Shown here piece after piece: positions 16,143 through 37,796 of a stretch of 64,000 nucleotides of DNA. The number at the start of each line of letters is the position of its first letter. Within the stretch, counting starts at the first letter, position 1. Both the position numbers and the translations under genes were made by a program. The notes beneath the pieces are model-generated. The model was not told where the DNA came from and did not search any database. It saw only the letters and a list, made by a program, of their open reading frames with translations. The stretch lies in NCBI GenBank assembly GCA_964035545.1, contig OZ037767.1, forward strand, positions 31,140,628 to 31,204,627, in the 5' to 3' direction. This stretch comes from Bugula neritina. Taxonomy: Eukaryota; Animalia; Bryozoa.

Positions 16143-20605
<4,463 letters not shown>

Positions 20606-21559
20606 TTTTTTTCAAATCAGCCTATCATGCCTCAATAGCATGAAAGCAATTCACTGTCTGCTGCGTATAAATCGCAATGTGCAGTTTAATATTTCAAAAT
20701 AACTGTAAAGCTTTACTGATTGGCTGATTTATTTAGCAGCAGTAAACACCATCTTGCGCAACAACAGTATCACACATAGGTTCACAGGTCACATGATATG
20801 ACATATCATTATAAGTTTCTATTTGCTCAGGTTAACTTATAGCTGATCTTAGACATCTTTATAATATTATACTAGCATAAGCAGATCAAATATTCTAAAA
20901 TTCAGCATTGCATTATATTATAGCAGTCAGAAGTTTAGAGTTAAATTTCAAGTTACAGTTTTACAATATGTGTCAATAAGTTGCATGTTATTGAAGTTAT
21001 AGTATTTATATATAGTCAATAATAAAGTAAATGAAATATTCTGAGTCATTATCTACATGGCAACTAGAAGTTTAGTCTTAAGTTATACTTGCTATTGAGA
21101 AGTTAAAGTTATGTTCTACAGATGATATTGCAACAATTCCAAAAGAAACTTCTTGTCCTATAATAGCTGCTCTAAAAAATCTGATTTAAATTTTCACAAG
21201 TAATAACTAGGTCATTACTACTTATAAATGTAATAAATAGTATATTATATTAGTACTTTATTATAGATTACTTTTATTATAATATATAGCCATATAGCAC
21301 ACATAAATGAGCTTACTCAATATTGAAGGCTTTTTTTCATTTGTTATATATATAAGGAAGTAGGAGAGATTATACTAACAACTATAAGTAATATAATATG
21401 TATAAAATGTTTGAATCAATAATAATAGTAATAATAATACATCGGAATAAATTTGCATAAAACTCAAAATGTGCTTTTTTGTTTAAAATCAAAATCAGTC
21501 ATATTGTGACTTGCACCACATCTTCTATTTACAGGTTTATATATATTTTCTAAAGGATG

Positions 21560-21750
21560 TTTACTATCACATACTATGTTGGCCTGCCTTAACCATATTT
21601 TATCTATATTTATCTATCTTTGCCATGCAACTGGTAATGCTATATGTAAACAATAGCTATACTGATAGGACCAGTTGGTATTCAAAATTTTTTGCATTTC
21701 AGACTTTACCCTATCACTAAAAAGTTATTTTCCATAAATCTTTCGAGTTT
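21560..21750. repeat. Dispersed repeat; related copies flank the LINE (9920-10010 and 12026-12085) and lie at 13645-13730
   Basis: Shared actga.aggaccagttggta...ctaaaaagttattttccat and aaggcaggccaa blocks (opposite orientation to the LINE-flanking copy). Confidence 0.6.
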
Positions 21751-22059
21751 GACCAAAACTCTATTACATTACAAACAAGTGCACATGCACTGTCAAAATT
21801 GCAGCAGCCTTTTAACATACCTTAAATATTAAACTGAACCCCCCCTTTAACGGAAATCAAACATTTTGGAAAACTGATATGAGTTCTGTTAAACTATAAA
21901 TAGATCATGGTTTGAGTTACAAACTGTGTAAAAATTAAAACTTACAATAGTGACATTCTATACACACAATTGTGTCCAATCAAATTGTAAAGCAGTTTTA
22001 TTTTATAACACTTATTATAATATAGTAAATTATTAAATGCAACTAACTACTAACAGTAA

Positions 22060-22380
<321 letters not shown>

Positions 22381-22828
22381 AAATTGTGACAGCCGATAAT
22401 GGTTACTGTATCAGTTAATAATTGTTGCTGCGTCAGCACGGGTGCTGTTTGGCACGGATGCCTATGTATTGTGATTCACTTAATGAAGGGTGAATGGATG
22501 GAGGACACAGAAGCAGGCCACAACTCTATTTTTTGTCTATTGCCAACAGTATATTTTTTAAGTTAGACTTAGACTTGAGCTCACATTCATACTTAGACTC
22601 ATACTCATACTGTAACCTATAACCATAGAAATTACAAACATCTTGTTAACTCAACATTAATTACACAGCTGACAAAACATTTAGTTACTGAAGTTCAAAA
22701 CAAAAGATCATATAATACTTGATACTTACAATTATTTTGACAATTAAGAATAGATTGCCTGCATCTTTAGCAGAAAGAAAATTGAGCTACACTGACTAAT
22801 TAAACAAAAACTGTCAGTAATATATATA

Positions 22829-22897
<69 letters not shown>

Positions 22898-24711
22898 TTA
22901 TATATATACATATTTATATATATATATATATACACCAAACAGTAAAAGTTGTTCTTTGATTGTTTCATTTTTCTACGTTAGTACACGTCTCTATATTAAG
23001 CATTAAATATATTGTATATTCCCTTGTACAATGCAGCTGTTTTATAGTGCTAACTGTATTTGTACAATTTACAACAGAATGTGTGGCAGAATGACTTCCA
23101 TGTAGTGCTTTTTATAGCAAGTCAGCTTACATTGGACATGAATAAACAGTTATTGTTAAAACAAGTCTTTTGAAAATTCATACTTATAATTGGCCATGCA
23201 ACAATTCGAATTAAGAAATTAGCAGTAGCGCATTTCATTATAATATTTATGTTGAAGCCTAAAATTTCTGCATCCACTTTTCACTTTAGTAGTAAACAAC
23301 TCAATAGTTACACATGGTAATGAGTTAGAGCTGGTAAACTTAATTCTATGAACTTTGCTAAGTGTGTCCTCAAGGTCATGTGAATGGTTGTCTAGTTGAA
23401 ACCTCTTTGTGATGTAGAAATTTGTGTGTCAGTTCACAAGTATATAAAATAATACTTCATATTAACAACATGTTCACAACTAATCTCTTAAGCTATTGCT
23501 GTTATCAAATTTTACTAGCTGATATGATTTTTGTAATTTCTAAAACAGCAAAATGAAACTGATTTCATATTTAATGCAGTTGAATAAAAACTGATACACT
23601 AAACTAGTAGTCATGTCATGTAGTCATTTTTGTATATTCCCACCATAGATATACAATCTTGAGCTTTAGAATTACAATCTCTGTAAGAACCTGCATGGAA
23701 TGAGTTTTAAGGCTATGTAATTTAAACTAAAAGCCATGCTGGCAACATAGCCTGAGGGCTTTAAACTAGCTCAGAAATTATCATGAGACCTTGGTGAGAT
23801 TTCACTCACTAGCTTATAACCATGTTAGGCACTATTCTTTTCTCTTATTCACCAAATAAATGTATGTCTTGATTATCCAAAGTTTGTATAACAGCCAATA
23901 TAGCAATATTATTTTATTGTGTGCTGTACAATACAGATCTGCAGATACTGTTGATAGCCTCAGCGCAGAAGAGTGGATCAGATTTGGGCTAGTATTATCT
24001 ATTGTAGAAGAATCACAGGTGGAAAATTGGCTCTATTTCTTGTCCAGCTCTAATCTGTTAGCAAATACTGGCTGAGATAAAGATGTCAAAAATGGAAGTT
24101 ATCAGTTTTATTTATCAAATTTTAGTTATCAGTTTAGTAGAAAACTCTGATAAAATAATATTTGTGATTCTAAAATGGCATTTTATGAAGCTAACCATGT
24201 GCTAAAAGTCTAGATTATGTAATCACATGATTTGATATTATATAATTATATAGTATAATATTATATAATATTATATAATATAATATAATATTATACCATC
24301 AAGATTATTGATCCCCTTTTAACTATTCAACAAACATCACCTAAGTTTTAATGCTGAAAATACTATTAAAATGTTAATTCTACAAACATTATTGTTAAGC
24401 ATGTTGATTTTAGATAAACTGCAATTTTGCTCATATGACGGCGTTGTCGCATTTTACTGCTGCATGACCCTCTTCTAGCTTTTTTTGCATTACATATTCG
24501 AAATCAGCAAATAAAGTTACCCTATATAGCAGATTTTCATGAATTTTGAACAAACTTTAGTTTTTGGTCATATATTAATGCTAATGTATACTAAATGAAA
24601 TAAAGTTACCCATATAGTATAATATTACATAAGCAATTTTCTCATACATTTTATTGCTTGAATCGAGAATTTAAACTATCATATGACTGTAATATTGTAT
24701 TCAATTATGTA

Positions 24712-24806
<95 letters not shown>

Positions 24807-24935
24807 CACACAATAAAAGCTGTTCTTTAATTGTTTATGTGGTTGTATTATATATAGGCCTATTGAAGTTTAGACAGCAGATAATTTAATGGATGTTCCT
24901 CTATAGTATATAGTAAATGCAGTGTTTATATCTCA

Positions 24936-25140
24936 TCAGGTATGTGAGGGGTCTTCAACTATAACTCTCTCCTTTCTAAACAGCCCACTGACCCACTTAA
25001 AGAAACTGATAAGTCGCCGTCCAATATTTCTGAAAGTCGCTGCAAGTGATTCCCAAATTTTTTGAAAAACACACTTAATTTCTTTCCAAAATGTTTTACT
25101 TTCAGCTCTTGCTTCTTCTCGTTCCTGCGGATTCTGAATA

Positions 25141-25227
<87 letters not shown>

Positions 25228-25267
25228 CATATATATATATACATATATATATATACATATATATATG

Positions 25268-25359
<92 letters not shown>

Positions 25360-26182
25360 GCGTATTGCATGGCAGAATAGATAATATTTAATCTAACTCC
25401 AACCTATTCTCACCTCCATATTGTTTACTCCCTCCATGTGGAGATTAAAGCAGCGCTGAATAAAAGTCCAGACATTAAGAGTGCCACGCCTCGCCTCTGC
25501 TTCAGACTGGTACTGTGGTGGTACACCAGTGTGAAGAAACTCTGGCTCACTTGGTGGATCACTTGTTTCAGTTGACCCATTCTCAGTTACAGATTCATTG
25601 TCATTAGCAACAGCAGCTTCAACTAGCAAAACATTCCATTGTAAACCTAATGATATCATAAAAACCAGTTTTAAGAGAAACAAATTAAATATAACATTCC
25701 TGCTGATATATTTAGTATATTCTAGACCTATACATACAACAGACAGCTACATCTCAGGTTGTTATAAAATTATGCACCTACCAGAGAAATCTGCATCCAG
25801 TCTTTCATATGCAGCTCGGTTGGCAGCTAAAATCTCATCAGCTAGAGGAAACTCATCAGCACTTTCTGCAGGGCACTCTTTTCGACATTGTGAGCAGAAC
25901 AATACCTCTCCACTTGATCGAGCAAATTGTATTCTATTACCTTTATATAGATAGATCATAGGATATTCTATTACCTTGATAAACAAACAGAAATATATTT
26001 TATAACTTTTATCTTATTTATAACTTATATAGTAGTAAGCTAAACAACTTACCGATACAGCTATGGCACTCTGCATGACCACATGGTAATCTTCGCAGGG
26101 TCTGTTCATTCACGAGACAAATCGGACAAACTGTTATGTTTTCTTGGAGAAAAATTTCTTCAGAAAAAGATCTTTCTGCCAT
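24936..26182 (-). CDS. RING + amphipathic-helix family, copy 4 (intact, 231 aa)
   Basis: Exons 26182-26053, 25940-25782, 25622-25414, 25133-24936; GT-AG, phases 1,1,0, total 696 nt. CPIC...[15 protein letters not shown]|G...[18 protein letters not shown]; exon 3 QYQSEAEA...HMEGVNNME; exon 4 [38 protein letters not shown]. Confidence 0.9.
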
Positions 26183-27397
26183 TTCAGATTATATCAACTA
26201 TAATTTGCAGTAAGTTATCTTTAAGCTGGCTGATCAAAATGAAACTGATGATCAGGGAAATAAGTTTTCCCAGGTTTTGTGTTATCAAAATAAAAATGAT
26301 AATTATAATTCGCGGCAGTAGCCATTGATAAGATTTTATGACATAAATTTTATCAATTGTTTAGTTGAGCTGACTAAATCTGGAGTATATAGCACAAATA
26401 TTCCTGTATTTTATTCTTCATATGAATTAAAATAATATTATATCAAATTTGTTGAAATGCTATTAGGCTGTGATGTTTTAATTCCAAGATTTCTGGTTCA
26501 TTACTTGATAATATAAATAATATATTGGCTACTTTGAATGATGTTTCGCTAGTATTTTAATCTTTATACTGACTAGTTCAAGGTGAACTGATGTTAAGAC
26601 AAGATAAGGATACAACAAACTAGTAAATCAGAGTTTACAATTGCCAAAGCAATGTCTATATAGCAGTTTAAAACTAAGCGTAACATTATGCCTATTTAGG
26701 ACTAATTTCAACTAGAAAAATAATTGAACTTCCGTATGACTATAAAAATAAAATAAACCTTTCAGTTGCTCAATACAAGTATTTTGTCTGGTTTCTTCAT
26801 GTGGTGTATGAATCAAATAAGGATTATTTTTACCTCACTATCACTTTTATACTCAATACTCGCAAATTAAAAAATAAGATTTCGATCTGATATAATAGAT
26901 CAATCAACTGTAGTTACTTACATCTTATATTCTTTCCAATCCAATGCAATTAAACACAAAACTGTGCATCTAACAATGCAGAAGTGAAGCTTTAATCTAA
27001 GGAATATTGGAAAACTATGTGCCATAACAAAACAACATGTTAATGTACAAAACCGAATCAATATCAAGACATGTATGCTTTAAGTCATATAATAGTATTT
27101 ATCTTGGTTTATTATTTCGAATTTTTATTAAACTGATCAATTATAGTTTACAATTAAATTTTTAAGTTTTTCGATTTAATGGTGTTGCAGCTTGCTATAC
27201 AATCTAGTAGATTATAGAAACCTATGACATGTCACGTATTTTAACATAGACAAGCTACTCAAACTGGTTAGAAATCAAAAAAATATAATTCAGTGAGATA
27301 GATATTTTATTATATACTGAATATATGTATCAATATTATACTAAACAACGTTTTATCTTGTATTCACTACCTATATAATATAAATGCAGTTAGCTCA

Positions 27398-28199
27398 TTA
27401 TGCTTGAACTGCTTCTGCAGCTGCCAGAGATTTTTTGCTAGTAAAAACACTAGCTATCCATTGGCCAAATATGCAAAGTATATATATTTTTAACTGATTT
27501 TAATATTCCATCAAGGAAACGCATCAATCTGTCAAAAACTCCCAACACTTCTTTTTTTAACAATTTTACTTTCTTCCAGAGCTTCCTTGCATTCTTCTTG
27601 GTCCTACAACAATACTATTTTGTTTATTTATTTTATTTTAAAGGTACCTATATATAGTTAAAATATTTGCCCTTTCATTCAACTGTAATTAGATGATTTT
27701 AGAATGGTTTAAGGTGCTTTAAAGGTTACAACCGATTTCACACATTTTAACAAAAATATCTTCTAAAGTAGCATAATGTAAGAAGAACCCTTAAATCTAT
27801 TTGAACTATAAGATGGTTAATTTTCCATTTTTGATATATACATGCATATAGTATAGCAAAAAATATCAGCCTTTTCAAATTTTATTGCCTATAAGCCACT
27901 ACTTATACACTTTTCAATTTCCTTTGTGCCTGCATCAGTTGCGCTTTTATAGACCCAGAGTTAGCATTGCATGATATATTTTTTCTAAGCATTTAGATGA
28001 AAGATGCATACCTCTATTCCTTCAGCTGCTTCATCGTGGAAACAAAACCACTTCAGAACAGATTTTCTCATTTTTTCTAAGCCTTTTGTTGCCTCTTCCT
28101 TGTTCTTGTATTTTCTAGGTCTACCAGATATAAGCAAATTTGGTCCAGCTTCTAAATCGGGTGATTGGTAACTCTCATCAAAGCCAGAGTCATTTTCAC
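27398..28199 (-). pseudogene. RING + amphipathic-helix family, copy 5 (pseudogene)
   Basis: Exon 3 28199-28012 is open (KYKNKEEATKGL...HDEAAEGIE|gtatg). Exon 4 27603-27398 needs two frameshifts to read DQEECKEALEE/..KKEVLGVFDRLMRFLDGILKSV/..LCIFGQWIASVF. Possible decayed exon 2 near 29590-29692 (YTECQSSH after an in-frame stop). Confidence 0.75.
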
Positions 28200-28478
28200 C
28201 TTAACACAAAGTGTCATTTTAAAACAATATACCCAGAAGCACTTTAGCCAAGTTAAGTATAATATAATAGTTTCTAAAAGTCGTTTACAGAAGATATGCA
28301 TGGTGCTACTTTAAACAGTTCACTTTAAAAATTAAATTATGTGTTTTCTAAATATTATAACAGCTAGATAGTGGTACTGGCTGTGAGCACACGCAGATGG
28401 CTTGTAATTATTGCAATTTAAATGCAACTACTGAGCCACTCTCTTTCTTATAAGGGCATCTAGTAGCAGTGCTCATAT

Positions 28479-28642
<164 letters not shown>

Positions 28643-29751
28643 CAATATATATACAGCAATATACATCAACAATTTATATATTTGATTTTAATTCAACACA
28701 TATTAGGTTCAAACTGGCTGTTTCTTTGGTCAGCAAATAAATGAAAACAACTTTGTTGTTGCTGTCGAATTTCTATCTCTGTAAAAAAAATTTCCCACAC
28801 TGAGAGTAAAACCCGAAATATTTGATTAGCAATTGCGCAGCCACTCTACCATATTATTATACAAGTACCACTGCAGGAGCCACCTATAAGATATACTCAA
28901 CACTCAACACATTAAATTTTCAGATAAGCGTGCAAATAAGTAAATATAGTTAACTTTCTTTTGTAATAAATTGGAGCAGCAAAGATTGTCTTATACTTTT
29001 GTGGCTTTCAGTAAAAATTTTAAGCATTCAACTATTTCTCACGTTGTTTGAGCATAAGTTGATTAGCTTTCCATGCGTAGGTAAATTTTATCTTCTTAAA
29101 TAGATATTCACAAGTGAGTCACACACAACCTTATATTTGACACTAGATTAGTTAAAGATAAGATAACTATGTTATAATCCGAAGAGTATTATCAGAAATA
29201 TTTCATTGTATCTAGTTATTGCATCATATGACCTTTAGCTTTTCTAAGTAGACATGTTTTTCAGACTTTGTAACTGATTAGAACTTAAGTATATATATTT
29301 CATAATTCTATTTATGATAGATAAGAGAATGTCATACAGTGAACTTTCATTTCTTACTTATCAGCAACTTTAAGATATATGCATATCAAGTTAATCTTAT
29401 TGCTATCAAATAAAAATATTGCAGTATATTCTTTTATGACAGTATGTATTATTATGAGTGAAGGCATATTTTATATATTATTGTATGTATATATATAAAA
29501 TTATATATTACCTAGAATGCAATTATCCTAAAAGTAATATCTTCATTGCATATTTCAGAACAAATTAAATAGTTTTCGATGAAAAATTTAATTATGGTGT
29601 CATTAAACTTGTTGCCAATGTATGCATTCGCATTCTATGAGAGCTTTGGCATTCAGTGTATATGTGTTAGAACAAACGGTATTTCAGTCTGTCTAAAAAT
29701 ATACAGCTGCATAAGGCTTGATCACCATGTGTAGTGTTAAGTTTTCCAGTG

Positions 29752-29822
29752 GCTCCCATGGTGTAATGGTAGCACTTTTGCTTGCAAGTTAGAGGACTCT
29801 GGTTCGATTCCCAGTGGGTGCA
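29752..29822 (+). other. tRNA-like element (tRNA pseudogene or tRNA-derived SINE head)
   Basis: A box TGGTGTAATGG, B box GGTTCGATTCC, acceptor-like stem gctccca/tgggtgc, D stem gtgt/gcac, followed by a T run. The anticodon stem does not pair, so I do not call it a functional tRNA. Confidence 0.7.
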
Positions 29823-31126
29823 ATTTTTTCCGCCATGCACAAGTAAAAATTATATTTTGCATTCTAGATGCTCTGCTGCTGTATATGAAGAAAATACGAC
29901 ATCAGTCATTGAAATCTCTCTATGCCCTTCTATGTGAAGAAAAGTGCTTAACAAATATATGTTCCCTTACTACAACTCCGCATACTTCCCTTGTTATTAT
30001 GATCAGCTTAGCTTTTTACCTATTTGAGCAATGTATTCGTAAGTTTCAACTCATCACCTAGTTTAACTGGGGTTTTGCATCTATTGCAGCTTACAGAGAT
30101 AACTGCTACAATCTACAGCACAATATTATTAAGAAATACTATGAATGTAACACAAAGAGCCAAATGCTGAGACTATAAATAGAATATAGTTGTCAAGTTT
30201 TTAATTAAATTATTTAGATGTGTTTATTTGAGGACAATTGTTACAACTGTTATTAAAATGTAGTCTGTTAGCAAATTAATTACTATTTCGAAATTTACAT
30301 GTTTTTACTAGTATCTAAATATTTTCATTGACTTGCAGGCATGCCATGTAAACATATGCTTTTAAACCATATATTTACTGTTTTTGAAAATTTTAGATCA
30401 GATATTGTTTGATATTACAAAATAGTTCATCTATTTTAATACATATCTTTATATTTGTAATAATGTTTTTGGTAAAAATATTAGATAGTTGGGTGGCCTA
30501 TAATTTATGTTTAAAAAATCTAGAACTGCTAATATATGCCAAAATATTTATCTGAGAAAAAAAGAAACTCATGCTAGCAATATTCTTTAAAAAACCTTAA
30601 ATTTCTACTGATTTTATGTGCCTTGTCTCCATCATGGCAATTCCAGCGTGCACTTGGTGAGAGAAGACAACTTCAAATTAAAAATGCCCCAAAGAGCACA
30701 TGTGAAAAAGGTTTATTCTGTCCAAGTGAAGAAGATTTAAAGATTCAAATGTTCAGTGAGATAGATTAGAACTATTGAGCGCATCTGAACATAAAACAAA
30801 ATAATTCTATGATTATGAGTTTAAGTTTTGGATTAACTTAATTCAATAAACACACATACAGTTGATTGCATTTTGCATTTTATTTTAGAAAGCTCACTAC
30901 AAACAAAACTGTTTTGACAACTTCACCTTTAATAAGTTTAAGTTTGAAATATTACTATCTATATGAAAAGTTATTTGTTCTTTAAATAAAAAAAAGTAAA
31001 AATGTAATTTGGAACAGACATTAATTTTAATTTTTAATTGTGCAAATTTTGTTGTAACATTTTGCAGCAATAAAGTTAAGTTTTGCTTTTGAAAGTTTTA
31101 GAGTTTTACATTCTATAATGAGCATA

Positions 31127-31500
31127 CTACAGTACATTACAGTACGATACAGTACACCACAGTATACCACAGTACACTACAGTACACAGTACACCACAGT
31201 ACACCACAGTACACCACAGTACACCACAGTACACCACAGTACACCACAGTACACCACAATATACTACAGTATACCACATTACACCACAGTACACTACAGT
31301 ATACCACAGTACACCACAGTACACCACAGTACACCACAGTACACTACAGTATATATACCACAGTACACCGCAGTACACCGCAGTACACTGCAGTACACCG
31401 CAGTACACCGCAGTACACCGCAGTACACCGCAGTACACCGCAGTACACCGCAGTACACCGCAGTACACCGCAGTACACCGCAGTACACTACAGTACATTA
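31127..31500. repeat. 10-bp minisatellite (CAGTACACCA/CAGTACACCG)n downstream of copy 6
   Basis: Direct observation; the unit switches from ...CCA to ...CCG along the array. Confidence 0.95.
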
Positions 31501-31635
31501 TATACACAGTGCATTACAGTATGCAACATGCAGTATACTGCAGCTATAACATATGCTATATTTCACTACAATTATAGGCCACTACATACATACGTACACT
31601 ACACTGCGGCAGGCAGGCTGATTGTAGAAAGTATT

Positions 31636-34371
31636 TTAAACAGTTAATTGTGCAACAGGCTGCTCTTTACTCCTTCCAAAAAATTCAGCTACTCTTTTAC
31701 AGAAATTTGCAAGCATTTTTCCAAAAGCCGAGTTTTTGATGTTTTCCAGTAGCTCCTTAAACTTTCTTTTAATTTTTCCCCGCCAATTTTCACATTCATC
31801 TTCTGCTTTCCTTCGTTCTTCTGGATTCTGGATGAATAAAATGAGCTTGTTTTAAAATGAATGTCATAAATTAGTAAAACAAAGTATTTTACATCCTATA
31901 AGCTAACAAAAACTTTCATAGAACGATGTGTTGTGAAAAGGTTGCGTCTAAAAGGTTTTGATTAAACATTTCCTGTAAAGGTTACAAAAATTTTTGATAA
32001 ATGTTAGAAATCAACATTTTAGCAGAAAATTAAACAAATGTTAAGAAAAATTGTTCTATAAATGTATGTTATAATGTTTTATAAATGTTTGGCCCAACTG
32101 CTGTAATAAAACTGCAGCCATTAGATTTAGCGGTATACATAATATAACGTAAGTATTTTTGTTATGCTTGCATAGTGAAGCTAACAATGCATGCGTCTTT
32201 CTTTTTATGAACATTCACTGATTTGCAAAAATTTGTAAATATTATTTCATATGCTAATAATTATATAATGACATTCTTGATTGTCAGAAAAGTTAGCAGA
32301 TGGAGTTCCTAAAATAATTCATTATAAGTTCAAAATGGCAAGGAATTAAAAGTTTACTTTGTGGATTTTAATGTAAATTTTTATAATTGATAATTCCTGC
32401 TCAAAATTGGCATGCAGAATGCTTGCAGTGAAAGCAAGCAAAATTTGTAGTGTTCCCAAACGTCACCTTAAAAATTGTCAGTGCGACATCAGTTATAAGT
32501 CATAAAATATAAAACTACATCCAGTATAATAATACAGACAATATCCCACAATAACTGCTGCAAAACTATAGCATGTCGGCTACAGCTTTATACTTTTTAT
32601 TTCGACATCAACTTATATCAAAAGAACAGATGATTCTTATATTACATTTCAATTTTCTGGAATGTTTCTTTATATTTTCTTGGAGAAACTAAACTTTTTT
32701 TGAAAAGAATGCTTATTGTTTAATCTTAATAACTGCAAAATTATGACACCATTAGTTTTTATGGCCTAACAGCTAACGCATGCAAGCATTTTGGAAACAC
32801 ACACACACACACACGAGCACACACGCACACACATCTGTGCGTGTGTTTGTATGCGTGTGTGTGTAGACATGTGTGTAGATGTGTGTATGTGTGTATGTGT
32901 ATATGAGTATATGTGTATATATGTGTATATGAGTATATGTGCATATATGTGCATAATTTACAAGTTATTAACTTTAGTCATGCATGTTGTCAAAGCAGGT
33001 ATTTTCTAAAAGTGGGAAACATTTGATGCTATAAAACGGATGACTGCTAAGAATTTTAACGTTTACCAAAAAGTAAATATATAAAAAACTCAATTCTACT
33101 AGCATACATTATACATAGAAATATAATATGTAATACCTTGATTTTTTGAACACCTTTTTCGTGACACCCAAAAAGACATCCAAGGAAGTACCAAATATTA
33201 TTCAAACCTCGCTCTGCATCTTCAGCAGATTCATAAACTGGTGCTTCTCCAGTAAGAAGAAAGTTTGGTTCAGCTGACAAACCATAGTTGAATGACGGAC
33301 CAGAATTTTGTTGATTTATTTGGTCAAGTCCTGAACTAGCACTACCTGGAGTTTTTAAAGACAGGTTGTCTTATTGTGATACATATGTTCATATACAACA
33401 TTGGCTACTTTTAATGTTTGAGTCACTACAGACACATCAAATTCTAATGAAACTATATTTTATGTCTTAAAAATGTTAAAACCCGTAAAATTTACAAGTT
33501 ACTATATAAGAAAAACAGTTATTTTTAAGTTTGAAGCTGCCATTGTTTGGAAATTGTACAGCAATCGATTCAGATTTGCACTTGGCCATGCAGGATCTTC
33601 ATTATTTATAATAATAAAACATGTCATATGTTTCTTTTATTTTTTGTTGTTGATGACTTTCTACTATAAAACTATTTTGTTGCTTGCTTCACATTTTGAT
33701 GGCAGTCACCTATGCATACTTAAGATTACAGATAACATGTTATACAGTAGATGTAGTGCATATTATTGTAGTTGCTGCTGTAATTATTATAATAAGTAAC
33801 TTAGAAAATAAACATGCAACACATGTATGCACAAAATTTAATTTAAATTCAACATTCTTGGGCATATAATGCCCTATAGTTGTATTTAGCTTACATATAG
33901 TCAAGATACATATATAAATCATCTAATAATAGTATATAACATCGCAAAGATTTTTATAGTGTTTCTTACATAAAATTGTATACTGTAGATTTTAACTATT
34001 TAGACTTACTTAAGTGCGTACTGAAGAAATATTTTAAAGTTGTCAAACTATATATAACTATACAAAATATACCTCCAATTTCATTTTTTTAATTGAGACA
34101 AACCCAGCTAATTATAAAAAATTACCATTTCAACTTCAACATGTAGATAAATTATATTAGTGTGATGTTGATGGCAGGAGTAGACAATCCTTTAAGCTGT
34201 AAAAATTTTGACTTTGAAAATGGTTAAGAGTTGTCTTACAACTCGAATCTTTTGAGGCAGCTCTATTTATTGCATTTACAGACTTTGCTTCTGGAAAGTC
34301 TTCAATACTCTTAGCTAAGTGACACTCTTGGCAGCTGCCACATGTGACATGTTCAGGAGGTTGTAAAGCAG
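31636..34371 (-). pseudogene. RING + amphipathic-helix family, copy 6 (exons 2-4 open; exon-2 acceptor mutated; exon 1 not confidently found)
   Basis: Exon 2 34371-34240 (VTCGSCQECHLAKSIEDFPEAKSVNAINRAAS) is preceded by ttttaaa where copy 3 has ttttaag. Exon 3 33345-33137 (VYESAEDA...HEKGVQKIK). Exon 4 31827-31636 (NPEERRKA...WRGKIKRKFKELL...LANFCKRVAEFF). Confidence 0.78.
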
Positions 34372-35387
34372 TTTAAAAAAATACTTTAGTAAATAATATT
34401 TTCATCATGAATCTGTGGCAAAATTGTATAAAAAGCTTAACAAATTGCCTGTAAGTTAGGTCATGCCTTTGCCAACAGGCTTGTAACTCTGATATGGTTT
34501 ATAGCAACTGGCTGCAGCTTCATTTTTAATAGAGGATATATAATATGCAGAACCTCACCGATTTTAAAATGCACTGATAATTTTATTTATAGCGATCAAA
34601 TACATCAATCTATGATCAGTTAGATTTACTATATAACAAATACAAATAAGTAGCTATATTACGTAATTAATAAGTCTATAAGTCATCATATATTTATGAC
34701 TCATAGTTTTTCAAGGAATAAAAACAAAGTTAGGGTTTGAAGCATCCAATTTTTTGTGGAATTGCATATAGAAACACTTGATAAAAATATTCCTTGTGCT
34801 GCTTTCTAATTTATCTTCTGCTGCTGTTGCATTCAGTCTGAATTTTACACCAGGTCAAGCCGACTCATTATTTACCATCTAACACAATTTGGCATCAATT
34901 TAAATCTAAATAGTACATGAATGTGAATAAACATATTATATTTAGGCGGTCAACAAGCCTGAAACTGAGATGTACTATGATACGTGTAGGCTAGCTATGA
35001 ATTAATGCAGTGCATGTGAATTCAGTACACCTGGGCATTTCACACATCCTTTCCAAATTATACATAGCATGTGCACAGAAGCTCCTGAGTTTCCACACTT
35101 TGTTAAAAGACCTAAAAGTATCTCTGCATAAAGCAGACAACTCCAATGAATTTAAAGATTTCGTGTAAATAAACCAGCAGGGTGACTGTGAGAGCGTAAT
35201 ATATCTAACACTCCATAGCATTATATAAATACCTATTAGTTTTTATTACGCTGCAGTGAGATATAATTGGTTGGTTGTAGTTTTTATATGAGTTAGCTAT
35301 CTCTGATGATATGTTACTAGTTGTTATACAAATACTTGCCGACCAGTCAAGCGGAATGACTACATGGGCATCAGTTCTACTTAAACC

Positions 35388-37796
<2,409 letters not shown>

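Noticed and set aside
35030-35120. Possible degenerate exon 1 of copy 6 on the minus strand (TKCGN...MLC...CVKCPG)
   Set aside because: Cys spacing only loosely RING-like, no His, weak donor and no clear start; cannot be supported.
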